Below, one piece after another: positions 12,301 through 23,839 of a stretch of 64,000 bases of DNA. This stretch comes from Bugula neritina (Eukaryota > Animalia > Bryozoa), in assembly GCA_964035545.1 (NCBI GenBank), contig OZ037770.1, positions 9,306,973-9,370,972 on the forward strand, read 5' to 3'. A program made the translations under genes and the position numbers. Position 1 is the first letter of the stretch. Each line of letters opens with the position of its first letter. The notes beneath the pieces are model-generated. The model was given only the letters and a program-made list of their open reading frames with translations, did not search any database and had not been told where the DNA came from.

Positions 12301-15300
12301 ATACTGTTAGAAATAGAGCCAGCAGTGATGGAAGCCTAAATGTTGTGAATGAGAGAAAAATCCTTTCTCTCTCCAAATTGAAAATTAAAATAATTATATT
12401 AAAGTACTGCTAAGGGAGCAGCCGTGGTCTAGGGGTTAGAGCGTTTGCCTAGTAAGCACGAAGTCATGGGTTCAAACCCGTCAAAGGCTATTGGTGATGT
12501 TAAGAAAAGCATCCAGTCATAATTGCTCCTGTGCCCCATCTGAATAAGTCTTTAGCCCGATTTAGAAAAAAACTTTTTCCACCAGGGGTTTCTCACAGGG
12601 ATGGTGACTATAAACTTGTGTGAGTTTTAGTGCTGCTTCTAGATTAAAATCTTGCAGTCAAAATTTGAAACCTATTACGTAAAATTATACAGCAGCTAGC
12701 TTTTGTGTATTTAACTACACATATAATAGACACTATGAGCTCACCTGGACTCAAAGCTGGTGCCAGAAAAAGTGAAGATTATCCGCCGATCACCATTCTG
12801 ATCCTTAGCCTCAGCACTCTCGCAATTTTCATTCATTTCACTAACTGGAGATATGGGCATTCCCAATGAAGGAAATGAGGCTACTAGCTTCAGTTTACCA
12901 GAGCCTGGGGTTGAGGGGGTGATGGGTCGTCCCATAGAAGCACTGCTTGGGTGCAGCAATGAAGACCTTACTCTGCTTGTAGAATCAGTCATATTGAAAC
13001 CTGTTAGAAAACAGATTGCATGTCCATCAACAGTTAAAAGTGAGAGTCACTCAAATGGACAAAACATCTAAGAAGACGTATTTATATGAAATGCCAGAAG
13101 TACCAGGTACAGGAGCCTGGGACTATAACAGAAGAAGAGGAGGGTAGACACAGCTGTGTGTTCACACAGTATGAGCAACTTGAGTCACAATATAAAAACC
13201 ACTTGCTAATAAACATGTAGTACTAACACACACCTAACCTTCAGACTATATATGATAATTGTATTGTTTCTAACTGTAATAGTTTCCAAATATAAAGTCA
13301 AAGACTACAGCTGAAGATAAGGGGAGGAGTCGCAAACATAGCCCCTCCCCTCTTCCCTCGTAAGTGATTTATTTGAACAGCCCAATCATAGAGGTCAAGG
13401 CCAAAAACACACATCTGGTTGATCTGAGGTTTACCAGCTTCTACCAAGTGACCAAGAGCTATCAATCTGGCATTAAACTAGTATATTTTAGAGGAAAACG
13501 TAACAAATACAAATATAAACAAGACACAGTGACAATCTAGAAAAAGTTGTTTTCCTCATCATGAACTATTATATAATTGTAAGCACAACATTTTAGTATG
13601 ATTATTGACTCTCTTCATTTGAAAGCGACATAGAAAACCTAAAATATGAAAAATATTGTTCTTTGAAGCTTATTACTTTTGATTTTTTAGGCCTTTCAGC
13701 GTCCCTTTGTTGAACTGCAATGTTATAGAAAGTTGACAGTAGTTACATCAACATACATTTAGTTACACCAGTAACACACTAACCTGAAGAGCTCGAGGTG
13801 GAAGTTGAACTACCGGAAGAAGAGGTAAAGAGGGCGTTGCTAGGCGACACATTAGCTACAGTACCCTGAAATATATACAATATACTTGGTAAGGGTGTGT
13901 TAGCTACAGTAGCGTACAACATATACGGGACAAGAGTTAGTGAGGAATTGTTCTGTAGGCGAATGGTTCTATAAGCAGCTTCGAGTTGGGGGGTGACTGA
14001 TATTAAATGTAGCGAAAATCAGTCACTTATATTACTACTTTGGAGTTATGTTCTTTACATACTTATATATTCCATATTACATCATTTTGTAACCTGTTTC
14101 CTGTTTACCCATAATCCCTCTCTTTTGTTCCTGTGTCTCCATTAAAATAAATTGCTAAACTGAATAATCTATTTACGTCTAAGTGGGGGTTTCAATAAAC
14201 CTCAATTTTATAAACTCAAGAATCCTAAACTATTGCACTCAGTCACCCCAACTCAGAGCTGCTTGTAGAACCATAACAACATCGCGCTGAAGACAAACTG
14301 AAGGGTGCATTAGCAGAAAGTCACAAACACACCACAATTACAAGTTGGTTCACCTCTTCCTTATGAGTGTGCAAAGGTCAACAAACAGGTAGGCAGGTAT
14401 TATAGTTTATTAACACTAATAACTTACTAGGGTTCTACTAGACAAACATCTGCTACCTACTATACAACAATACACTCAACTTTACCTTTCTGTGAGAGCC
14501 AGCATTTGCCTGACAAAGACCACACAAATACTAAAAGTTATTATATCCTGTGCAGACACAGAATATTTAAACTAGAGATTTTTCTCTAAATTAGCAGACT
14601 ATCTAATCACTACAATAGCAAAACATTTTGGTTGAAACTGACTTAAAACATTTTTTGCCAAATAAACACAAGATAGCTAAAAACTCAGTATAATAAACCA
14701 ATGAACCAACATTTCTTACAAGATATTTGCTGGATATCATAAGTTTAGCACAATGATGTGTGAATCAGAAAAGTAAATACCACCTTATATGGGAATGTCT
14801 GATAAATTCATTTAATATCTACTAGAGTCCACAGCAAGTAACGCTATCACAGGTAAAATCATGGCAGGTAAAACCATGGCAGGTAAATAGTTTTCAAGTC
14901 ATATTGACTTCCTTGACAGAAGAGAATTTTTCAAATACACAAGTTTTACCAGAAAGTTTTGTAGCCTGAGCACTTAACATAAGACGAAGACGGTACACTT
15001 TGACCCTCACCCTAACCAAATAAGATGAACCTGCAGGCTATGTAGAATACCACTCCTCTTGCACTAAACAGCACTCAGTAACTCACCCAGCCGCCATTAG
15101 CTACGAGGAAGCCGGCAGCTCTGTCGAATATCATCTGAGTAGTAAAGTCAGCGACATATGAGACACCAGCGTGACCTCTGTTCATGATGTGACCAACCAT
15201 TGCGCTGCCGAGCTTCATGTACAGTGAGATCTGCAAAGTTAATGGACCTTAGTCTAAGATAAGAGAGAGCTGAGCCTATATGAGTGTGAGATCACAGTCT

Positions 15301-18300
15301 AGACATGTAAGATCACAGTCTAGGTATGTGAAGAATGGTGACACACAAGTAGATAACTATCATTTTGTTAGCGATATAAGTTCTAGCTAACAACTATATT
15401 GATATTTATTACATAAACTATCAGTTTCAGCATTAGACCTTACGAAATGTGCCTCATTCACTTTTAAAAGTATGTGAATTTGTTTATTATATCCTATATT
15501 CAACAGATTAGCTGTAATAAAACAACTTATACTGTGAAACAAAATCTAGCGGTTCCTATAAAAATAACTGGTTTTAGTGGGACAACTCCAAGCACCCCTT
15601 TGAAAACCTGACACAGAATAAAAGCATATCTGTAGAGTACAGCAAATGCAACTTGAAATATTAGGTATTTCCCTTAGTTCAAGTGACTCTCCTGTACATA
15701 AGACGGGACCTACCTGAGGCCAGCCGACTTCTGGTGCAAGATCTTGGGCTACTCTATCAACAAGTCTAACAAACTGGTCATACTGAACACGCTGGTGCTT
15801 CTCCTCCGGCATAGCTTCTTGCATTGCTTCATTGATTTTGCGATCATACTGTCTACCTGTTTCATAGAAGTGGCACCGTAGCAGCACATGGCTATGTTAC
15901 ATTATAACATGTTACAATATAATACTACCATGATATATAATATTATATATTGTTTCACTCATTTTGAGATCATACTGTCTACTTGTTAATTTATAATCAT
16001 GCTAATAAGTCGTGCTATATAATAATAAACTTCAATGCAAAACTATAGGCATAGTAAACTATATTATATTACACTATATAACACAGTATTCCAGAAAGAT
16101 ATAATACATATATAGAGAAGTTTTATGAAAGAAATCATAATGCAGTAAATGTAGAGAATTGAACTATTAGTAGGGCCAGAGGGAGAGGGGAGTATAAACC
16201 TCACTGGTGAAGCATATCAATAAGTTGTAACATGCGCTGCATTTGTAGCTAGCTAACAATAATTATTGGGTCTCAAGTTCGAAATTATTGTGAGAATTTC
16301 TAACTAAATAGTTTCTAATGTTATTTAGGTTTGTCGAGTGATTTTAAATACTAAATTCACTCATTCACCCTGCTGAAACACAATACAATGCAAATTGTAG
16401 GTCATTAATGGCCAGAATAATTTTGAAAAAAACTTGCTGTACAATAATTATAATACACAAGCTAAATTTCACTTTACAGTTCAATCATAAAATGGACCAA
16501 TTAAAAGCATTGTTATACGAAGATAAAATACTAACCAATCACTTGTAGGAAATCTGCAACTTTGGTGTGAGGTGTAGGGGGTACAACTCCAACAGTTGGC
16601 GAAACCACTACCAGTAAACACAAAGAACACACTAATTATTATAATAAAGTATAGACAAACAGATTGTGTTATTATTTATTCCTGAGAGTATGGGTGATTG
16701 CCAGAATTCATTAATCATAGTTTATTGCCAGATTATATGATCCAATATGGCATACAAAGCTAGCATGACGTGGGATAAAATAATGGTACAGCAATATTTT
16801 GTGAAAACGCATATACAGCGTATATTATATCGTGGCTGACATAAACAATTTAAGACTTGAAAGAAATTTGCAGCACCATCTTTAAGTGACAGTTGAAAAA
16901 ATTTTGGTCATGCCATGCAGCTGAATATAAGCAAAAAAGCTGATACAGTGTATGTATTGCTAATAGATGTTTCTCACTTGGGAGTTGTGCTACCTGTACA
17001 AGTTACTTGATTTAAAAATCTACTTGTTCTATTGTGATGCTTACAGCTGATCATTGCTTAGTACTACCTGAAATGCATACTGTATAGATATTACAGTGCT
17101 CCTTCTGTATCTCACTATTCGAGTTTTCACGAAACTCTATAGGTCAAGAGAAGGGCTTGAACTCCCATTCAAACGCTTATGTATATATGTATAGGGAAAA
17201 AAGGGTAAATTTAACAGATCAGTGATTTAAATATGGTTTTCTACTATATCACGGTTTGAGGTTTTGGGACTTGTAGCTTAGTGAGATATGGAGGGAGCAC
17301 TGTACAGCTTAGTGAGATATGGAGGGAGCACTGTATAGTTTAGTGAGATATGGAGGGAGCACTGTGTAGCTTAGTGAGATATGGAGGGAGCACTGTATAG
17401 CTCAGTGAGATATGGAGGGAGCACTGTATAGCTTAGTGAGATATGGAGGGAGTACTGTGTAGCTTAGTGAGATATGGAGGGAGCACTGTATAGCTTAGTG
17501 AGATATGGAGGTAGCACTGTATAGATTAGTGAGATATGGAGGGAGTACTGTGTAGCTTAGTGAGATATGGAGGGAGCACTGTATAGCTTAGTGAGATATG
17601 GAGGTAGCACTGTATAGCTTAGTGAGATATGGAGGGAGTACTGTGTAGCTTAGTGAGATATGGAGGGAGCACTGTGTAGCTCAGTGAGATATGGAGGGAG
17701 CACTGTATAGCTTAGTGAGATATGGAGGGAGCACTGTATAGCTTAGTGAGATACAGAGGGAGCACTGTATAGCTCAGTGAGATATGGAGGGAGCACTGTA
17801 TAGCTTAGTGAGATATGGAGGGAGCACTGTATAGCTCAGTGAGATATGGAGGGAGCACTGTATTCAGCATTACCTGCAGAGACGTAACTATCACCTAGCA
17901 TTACCTGCAAAGAAGCAACTATTACCTAGCATTACATGAGAGGATATAGCAATCACCTCACACTACCTGAGAGGGTACCTGAGTATTACCGAAGATTACC
18001 TGAGAGGGTACGAGTGACTTCTGTCTGTATTTCCTTTAGGGCACGCTCTCTCGGGGTCAATAGGTCAAACTCAACCTCTACAAAGCGTGTAAAATGTTTT
18101 ATTACTGTCATGTTATATAGATTTAGAACACAAGCTAAGTTGTGCATTTACAGGGGTTATGGGTTCAATCTCCAACAAAGGCCATTTGTGATGTTAGAAA
18201 GAGCATCCAGTGCTGCACATATGAATAAGTCCTTTGCTTGTTTTAAATCCCCTCCACCAGAGTTCTCTCACAGGGAATGTGACTATAAACTTGCGTGAGT

Positions 18301-21300
18301 TTTTTCAAGTTGTGCATTTATTGAAAAAATACTGTAAAGGGAAACTTTCAACTCATGCCAGTTTGCAGTTTCCTCTGAAAATCTTAGCATGCAGTTTTCA
18401 ATTCAAGCTAACAAATTTATCATCATTTTTACCACTATTATTAGGTAACAGAAATATAGCCAGGACTTTGCTATGCTAGACGTTGCAGTAGCTCTCTATA
18501 AGTACTGACAGCATGTATAGATATGCCACTACATAGCACATCACTGTATGTAACTATCACATGCTAGTGTGAATACCACACAGGAGTGTAGAATTAAATC
18601 GAATAGAATCAATAGATGAATGACCTTGAACTCAGTAAGTAGAAAACAAAGTCACTGACTGATAGTATGTGCCTCTGAAGCTACTGCGTTAGCATGTACA
18701 TTGAAATTACAGAGTAGAGCAAATATACATATTATTTGACAGCAGGGCACGAGTAACTCAACTAGTCTTTAACACAACTAAGTATAAGTTTGTACGAGAT
18801 CAATAACTGTTTCCATGAATCAAAGTCAGTGTGAACTCATGGCTGCTCAATAAATTGCAGAGAATCCCAGCTGTGAGAGCCGCTACGTGATTGGTTAGGC
18901 AGCCGCAACATCAAAGTTGCTTCAAGCATGGAAACAGAGTGAATGTGACTCTACTTACCACTAGGGGGCGTTAAGTTCTCCATATAATAATAGTTCTGGG
19001 CAGCTACAGTATAAGAAAATGCACATTATGTCATAAGATATCAATCAAATTACAGAAATTGAATGTAATAAAGTAATAGTAAACACATAATAAAACAGCC
19101 TGCTATTTTTTATTAGTAATATATCAATTCGCTGTTCTATAATAAAAAATACTAGAAATTTAGAGCTATTGTCACACTCACACATACCTATAATGTCAAT
19201 AGTTATTTTTGGCTTGCACATCTTATAATGAGGTATGTATGGCTGTTCCGACTTCCTTCTGATTTCCCTTCTATCACCTGCATGAGGTGTCAAAGGTGTC
19301 ATGGCGATGCTGTCATCTGTACAGTTGCAAACACCTGTTTTTGTTGTCAATGAATCTTCCCTAGAGCCAGAAGAAATTTGAGAGCTCCCTGTTTCTACTT
19401 GTTCCTTGGACTCAGAAACGTCATGCAAATCACCTGCTGTGATAGGACTGTGTAGACCAGAATCGCCAGTAGATACTTTCTACAAAAGATAAAAGAATTA
19501 TTACCACCCCTCTACATGAATCTGGCTTCAACATTGGTATTGAAAAACTGCATTTTTTTGCAAATTTTCAAATTTAATTATGGCGTTCCTAAACATGAAT
19601 CTGGCTTTAACTTTGGTGCTCAAACAGCATTTGAACGTTGGTATTGAAAAACTGCATTATTTAAATTGCAAATATGCAGTTAAACTTAATGATGGCTCTA
19701 TTATTACTTTCTTTCAAGTGATCATGCGAGTTTCTTAGTTTGCAAACTTACATTCCTACCTCTTCATGAAAAGAAGAGCTTGAAATATCAAGAGACCAAC
19801 AGGTGTGACTGAAAGCAGGTGAGGAGTGAAATCTTCGACGACTCCTTCGCCGAGAGCGTAGATGCTGTCTTCCACTCCTCTCATGCCAAGAACAAGTGTC
19901 CCAGGGTCTAGAGTGATCATCGTTAAACACACTGCAAAACAACATCAGGAAAATTATATGCCAGAAGATTTTAAAAATTAGCATCTGGCACCATTTGAGT
20001 TCAACAGCGAAGAAATTCTATTAGCATAGTTTTCAAGTTTTTTAATAAATTCAGTTTTGGGTTGAAAATCTATCGAAAACATGACTTCTTGAGCTACATT
20101 TCTAATCTAGAACACAGGCTTTTCTCAATTTTTTCATCACTGCACCTACCTCAACGGTACTCAGCAGTGTGGCTCTTAGGCAATATCAGACCAACCCAGA
20201 AACAAATGCTAAATAGTTAGTTTATTACATATTCCACAACAGACAGACAAAATAACCCTCCGGTATGCTGGCATTCCCTAATCTACTACAGCTTAATAGC
20301 TAAGGTGGCAAATAATTTTTCCACCAAATAATATTCTTAATGTTATAATATTTAACTCAAATAATGTAACATGATAAAAATATGCTTATTTAAATTAGCT
20401 TATCAAGACATGGGTGACCTAATTGAGCCATTATCTCTATAATAAGACAAAACTATCATATCCATTTGAAAACAGACCTGTAGATTACAGTCAATGTGCA
20501 GTTACTCTAAACTATAGCATGAGATAAACAAAGTCAGGTCCTTTAAATAAGTTTCTTTTTGAAAATTATGTTAATATTTAACAAATTAACAAAGCCAAAG
20601 TCAAATTTTTTAAACTTTCACAAATAAAACTTATTCAATGATGCAAATTTATTTTGATAATATTCAGCAAATTATACACAAAGAACCATTATGCATGTAA
20701 TAATTGAGTTAGTGTATACTAATTGACATAAGTAGTATGCACAAAGCATATTGAATAAACCAATATTATAATATTCAAAGGTGCCTCAACTTTATAATTC
20801 TATTTTCTCACCAGCATGTGAATACTCTGCAGTTGGAATCATTGAACTCTATCTTACAAGTACACAGAGCACAATACATACAAGTACAGACCACATGCAA
20901 ATATGCAATAGTATCTGTAGTTTGCAAATAAAACATAAAATTCCACAGTGAATTTGACATTGACTGAGAGAAACTTCGAATATACTAAAAATATCAACGC
21001 TTACTATATATATTTTTGTTTTTTTTGGTAATTCTCAGGTTTTGTCTAAATGTAAAACAGGCATAATTCTTTTCTTACTGAGAGTATGGCATTTTGACAG
21101 TACCAGAAAGTGAATTAGACTCATTTGCTTCTTTAATAACAGTCTATTTGCACACCAAAATGAGAGAAATAAATAAGAAATAATGCGGTTTCAAGACATT
21201 TAAAGTCACAAGTAATTGTTGTCAATAAATTAGGTTACTAGAAAACAGAACTTACCTACTCTTCTATTTCAAATTTTCAATTTTTGCCTTATCAAAATGT

Positions 21301-23839
21301 CAAGCTGTAATTTTTAACTACCGAGTACACTAATATAGACTGCACATGAGTTAGCATAGCAAACCAAATACATTTCAAATAGAGTTGAACGATTCACCTG
21401 TCAGACTGGATAGGGGAGGCTAAGAAGCGAAGAGAGTTTGTCGGGGAGAGAGATTCACTATTACTAGAGAAGCTAGTTGAGAGGTAGTGTAACACAACCA
21501 GCTTAGTGTCGTGGTAAAGGGCATGCTTTACCGCATGACTGCTACTAGTTAGAGATGGTGACTCCAGACAGTACTTGAAATTCCTGTCTGCAACAAAAAC
21601 ACACACAAATAAAACTTATCAAGTCAAAAGCTAATGGGAACAAAACAAGCTTACAGAATTGTGTTTGTATGTAGCTTTAAACTGTAATATATATTAAGGA
21701 CCTGCCAAGACTGGCATAAAATACGTTTTTAAAGAATTGCTGACAAACTTCATTTATGCAGTATTAAAATATTCACACACATTTTAACAATTATCAGCTG
21801 AATGCTGAAGCGATGCATGTTCAAATTTATGCTCATGCTGATGGGGTTTCTGTTCGCCTCTGCAGTCATGGTATTATGAACCTAATAGTCAGTGTTCACT
21901 GAGTTGGCTTGAAAATTCAAACTTCAAATAATTTTAATACAATTTTAATATAATACAAAAAAGTTCCAATAGTTGTTTTATAGCTCACGTGTGAAGACTG
22001 TACCATTAAACCTACCAGATTGAGAATGCTTGAGTTTTGGGTGGCTTTCAGCTCTGTTGTGATTCAGATCAATGCAAGATGATTGGTAACTCTTATGGCT
22101 GTTTGGATTTTCACATTCTCCATGATCTATACCTTGACTGGCCTTGCCATAGGCTTTTTGGGTGACATCGGTTGAAGAGCGCATTGCAATAATGTAATTA
22201 CATTTATTCTAAAAAGTTTGAAAGTAAGACAATATTGTAGCCAATACAAAATAAATATTAGCTCTTAGTATAAAAGTTGAAAGACATATTAGAATTTGAA
22301 TGCATATAGGAGTAAAATAGTCCATGCATCTGTTGAAATTCGAACTGAGGGTTAGAGTAGAATTGCCTAAGGTTTATATTCATTTGCAGCATCAACATTA
22401 AGCATCGGTAGGCCTATTACTATAAGCACGACATTCAAACACCTTTTATTACTATTACATCTAAGTAGCCTTACTTTAGTGAAAACAGACAAGCTTTCCC
22501 TTTAAAGTGAGTGAATACTCAACTGTGCATAGCAAATCTACATTTTGAAGCAAAGATTTAATACAGTTAAATTTGACAAAAAGGCAAATCAAAATCCATT
22601 TCTAGACCCTAAACTGCTAAAACTTTAATATATAAATTAATATCATCCATAACCATAGTAATTAGATCTAATTTTAATATATTATATATTATGTGAATGT
22701 GGTGGTGATTTTAATAGGTTTAATTTCACTTTTTATGAAATGCCTTGTTTTGAGATAAGCGACCGACTCACACATTCAAATCGGCAGATTTGGTTGTCTG
22801 AATTGACATTCAGGTATCCGAATAGGCCAAATCAGATGTTTTTTGCATATTACGTAACACTACTATAAGTTAAACACAAAGTAAAATAGAAATATTTGTA
22901 AGAACAAACAAACTCAGAAACATGCCCAGGCAGAAACCTACTAACATGCAATACCAACTGGATATGGGGATGACATTGCGAATATGCACGGCTGGCAGCC
23001 AAAATCTACTACACCACTATATGATTATAAATATAAGCATACCTGTGACAGACTGAGCATAACTTATCAGTTCAAATTAGGAACAACACCAAATCTAATC
23101 CTAATGATTATTTATGATAATCAACATTATAATCGTAATAAATAACATTGAAAATAAATGATAATCATAATAATTATAATAAATGAAGAAATATAATATT
23201 AGTTTTTATAATCGTTTAATTTTATAATAATATTATTAATATTAATATTATCAATAATCATAAAACTGAACTGATAAAGATTATGATTTATGATAATGAT
23301 GGTGATAACCATAATATTATTAATAATGATAATTATAATAATATAAATATAATTATAAAATTAAATATGATACTGATAGTGATAGTGATAAAGAATGTGA
23401 TACTCATACTCGCAATTGCTGAATTACTATTAGTATTAGTATAACTATAAGTATTAGTATTAGGCTACTATTACTACTGCCTACTCATACTGGTATTACT
23501 GTTACTATTAGCATTAGTCTATTACTATTAGTATTAGTATTACTATTAGATTTGGTATTAGATTTAGTCTATTACCTATTACTATTAGTATTAGTAATAC
23601 TGTATTAGTATTACTTACTACTTAGTCTTAGTGAGTTACTTACGTATAGTTAATAGTAGCAGTAATACTAATACTAATAGTAATAGTCATTGTAATTTGG
23701 GTGAATATTATAATTTAAATAATTCTTGAAATGCTGATGATCAGGCAACCCTTTTTTCCTTTATATTAATATAAATTGTAAATATGGAAACACTCACACT
23801 GACTCGGTCACAGCCAAGAGAAAAGCCAGCCCTCGCCAT
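1..23839 (-). CDS. BCL2L13: Bcl-2 family protein, BCL2L13/Bcl-rambo-like, very long multi-exon gene (3' end runs off the window)
   Basis: Phase-compatible GT-AG exons (minus): 23798-23839 (tentative first), 21989-22208, 21398-21587, 19760-19931, 19188-19479, 16536-16607, 15714-15856, 15087-15230, 13784-13865, 12745-13000, 12150-12214, 7747-8640, 6565-6617, 5462-5660, [5144-5153 putative microexon], 4143-4316, 2112-3476, <1-364. Spliced core reads KVADFLQVIGRQYDRKI (BH3-like)...VGWPQISLYMKLGSAMVGHIMNRGHAGVSYVADFTTQMIFDRAAGFLVANGGWGTV (BH1/BH2-like). From memory this aligns without gaps to the GW...RG...GGWGTV segment of human BCL2L13. The 2112 to 364 junction is not in phase, so at least one small exon is unplaced. 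Confidence 0.7.
1319..1649. mobile_element. hAT/Charlie-type MITE
   Basis: Ends CAGGGGTGTCCAAC...GTTGAACAGCCCTG; 8-bp TSD GCTTAGAC at 1311-1318 and 1650-1657. Confidence 0.85.
2112..3476 (-). CDS. Large Ser/Thr/Pro-rich exon containing (PPTTPPV)n repeats
   Basis: ORF 2108..3517; acceptor ttcag at 3477, donor gtgagt at 2111. Confidence 0.75.
2434..2692. repeat. 21-bp coding tandem repeat (aggggtagtagggggcacagg)n, about 12 copies
   Basis: Directly visible; encodes PPTTPPV on the minus strand. Confidence 0.95.
4363..4708. mobile_element. Foldback/MITE-like long inverted repeat (about 155-bp arms, about 30-bp loop)
   Basis: 4363-4520 is the imperfect reverse complement of 4551-4708 (e.g. gtatatagtttcttgcattaaactgataaaat / attttatcagtttaatgcaagaaactatatac). 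Confidence 0.75.
5809..5822. promoter_or_regulatory. Perfect palindromic X-box (RFX site) GTTGCCATGGCAAC
   Basis: Exact match to the RFX consensus, about 150 bp upstream (minus sense) of exon 5462-5660. Confidence 0.65.
6262..6548. mobile_element. Degenerate Tc1/mariner-type MITE with long imperfect TIRs
   Basis: TA-CAG...CTG-TA ends; inverted arms tttactactttatttatctaaacaaagta...tattttggatgcca / tggtatccaaaatata...tactttatttagatagataaagtagtaaa. Confidence 0.55.
7747..8640 (-). CDS. Large Ser-rich internal exon of the BCL2L13-like gene
   Basis: ORF 7706..8635; acceptor ttatag before 8640 in phase with exon 12150-12214; donor gtaaga after 7747 in phase with exon 6565-6617. Confidence 0.75.
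10165..10370 (+). mobile_element. tRNA-derived SINE copy (family 1)
   Basis: ggagcagcgtg...ggttcgaatccc (B box)...ggtgatgctaggaagagcattcag...ctcacagggatggtgattataaac. Confidence 0.8.
12414..12628 (+). mobile_element. tRNA-derived SINE (family 1), near-consensus copy
   Basis: A-box TGGTCTAGGGG, B-box GGTTCAAACCC; body shared with about 10 other copies in the window. Confidence 0.9.
13963..14274. mobile_element. MITE with about 37-bp imperfect TIRs
   Basis: atggttctataagcagcttcgagttggggggtgactga ... tcagtcaccccaactcagagctgcttgtagaaccat. Confidence 0.7.
15087..16607 (-). CDS. BCL2L13: Bcl-2 homology core exons (16536-16607, 15714-15856, 15087-15230) of the BCL2L13-like gene
   Basis: Canonical AG/GT ends; phases 1-1, 1-0, 0-0; motifs LQVIGRQYD, VGWPQI and FLVANGGW. 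Confidence 0.85.
17092..17862. mobile_element. pogo/Tigger-type MITE whose right TIR is tandemly amplified
   Basis: Left end TA-CAGTGCTCCTTCTGTATCTCACTA (17092-17117) is the near reverse complement of the array unit TAGTGAGATATGGAGGGAGCACTG-TA. Confidence 0.75.
17276..17862. repeat. 31-bp minisatellite (gcttagtgagatatggagggagcactgtata) x19
   Basis: Period 31 from 17281 to 17839; no unique spacers. Confidence 0.95.
18155..18305 (+). mobile_element. 5'-truncated SINE family 1 copy
   Basis: atgggttcaatc...gtgatgttagaaagagcatccag...ctcacagggaatgtgactataaacttgcgtgagttttt. Confidence 0.75.

Noticed and set aside
17276-17862. CRISPR-like array of 31-bp repeats
   Set aside because: Head-to-tail repeats with no unique spacers, no cas genes and a eukaryotic context; explained by MITE TIR amplification
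23100-23700. AAT/TAC-rich tract as a structured element
   Set aside because: Degenerate low-complexity microsatellite with no definable termini
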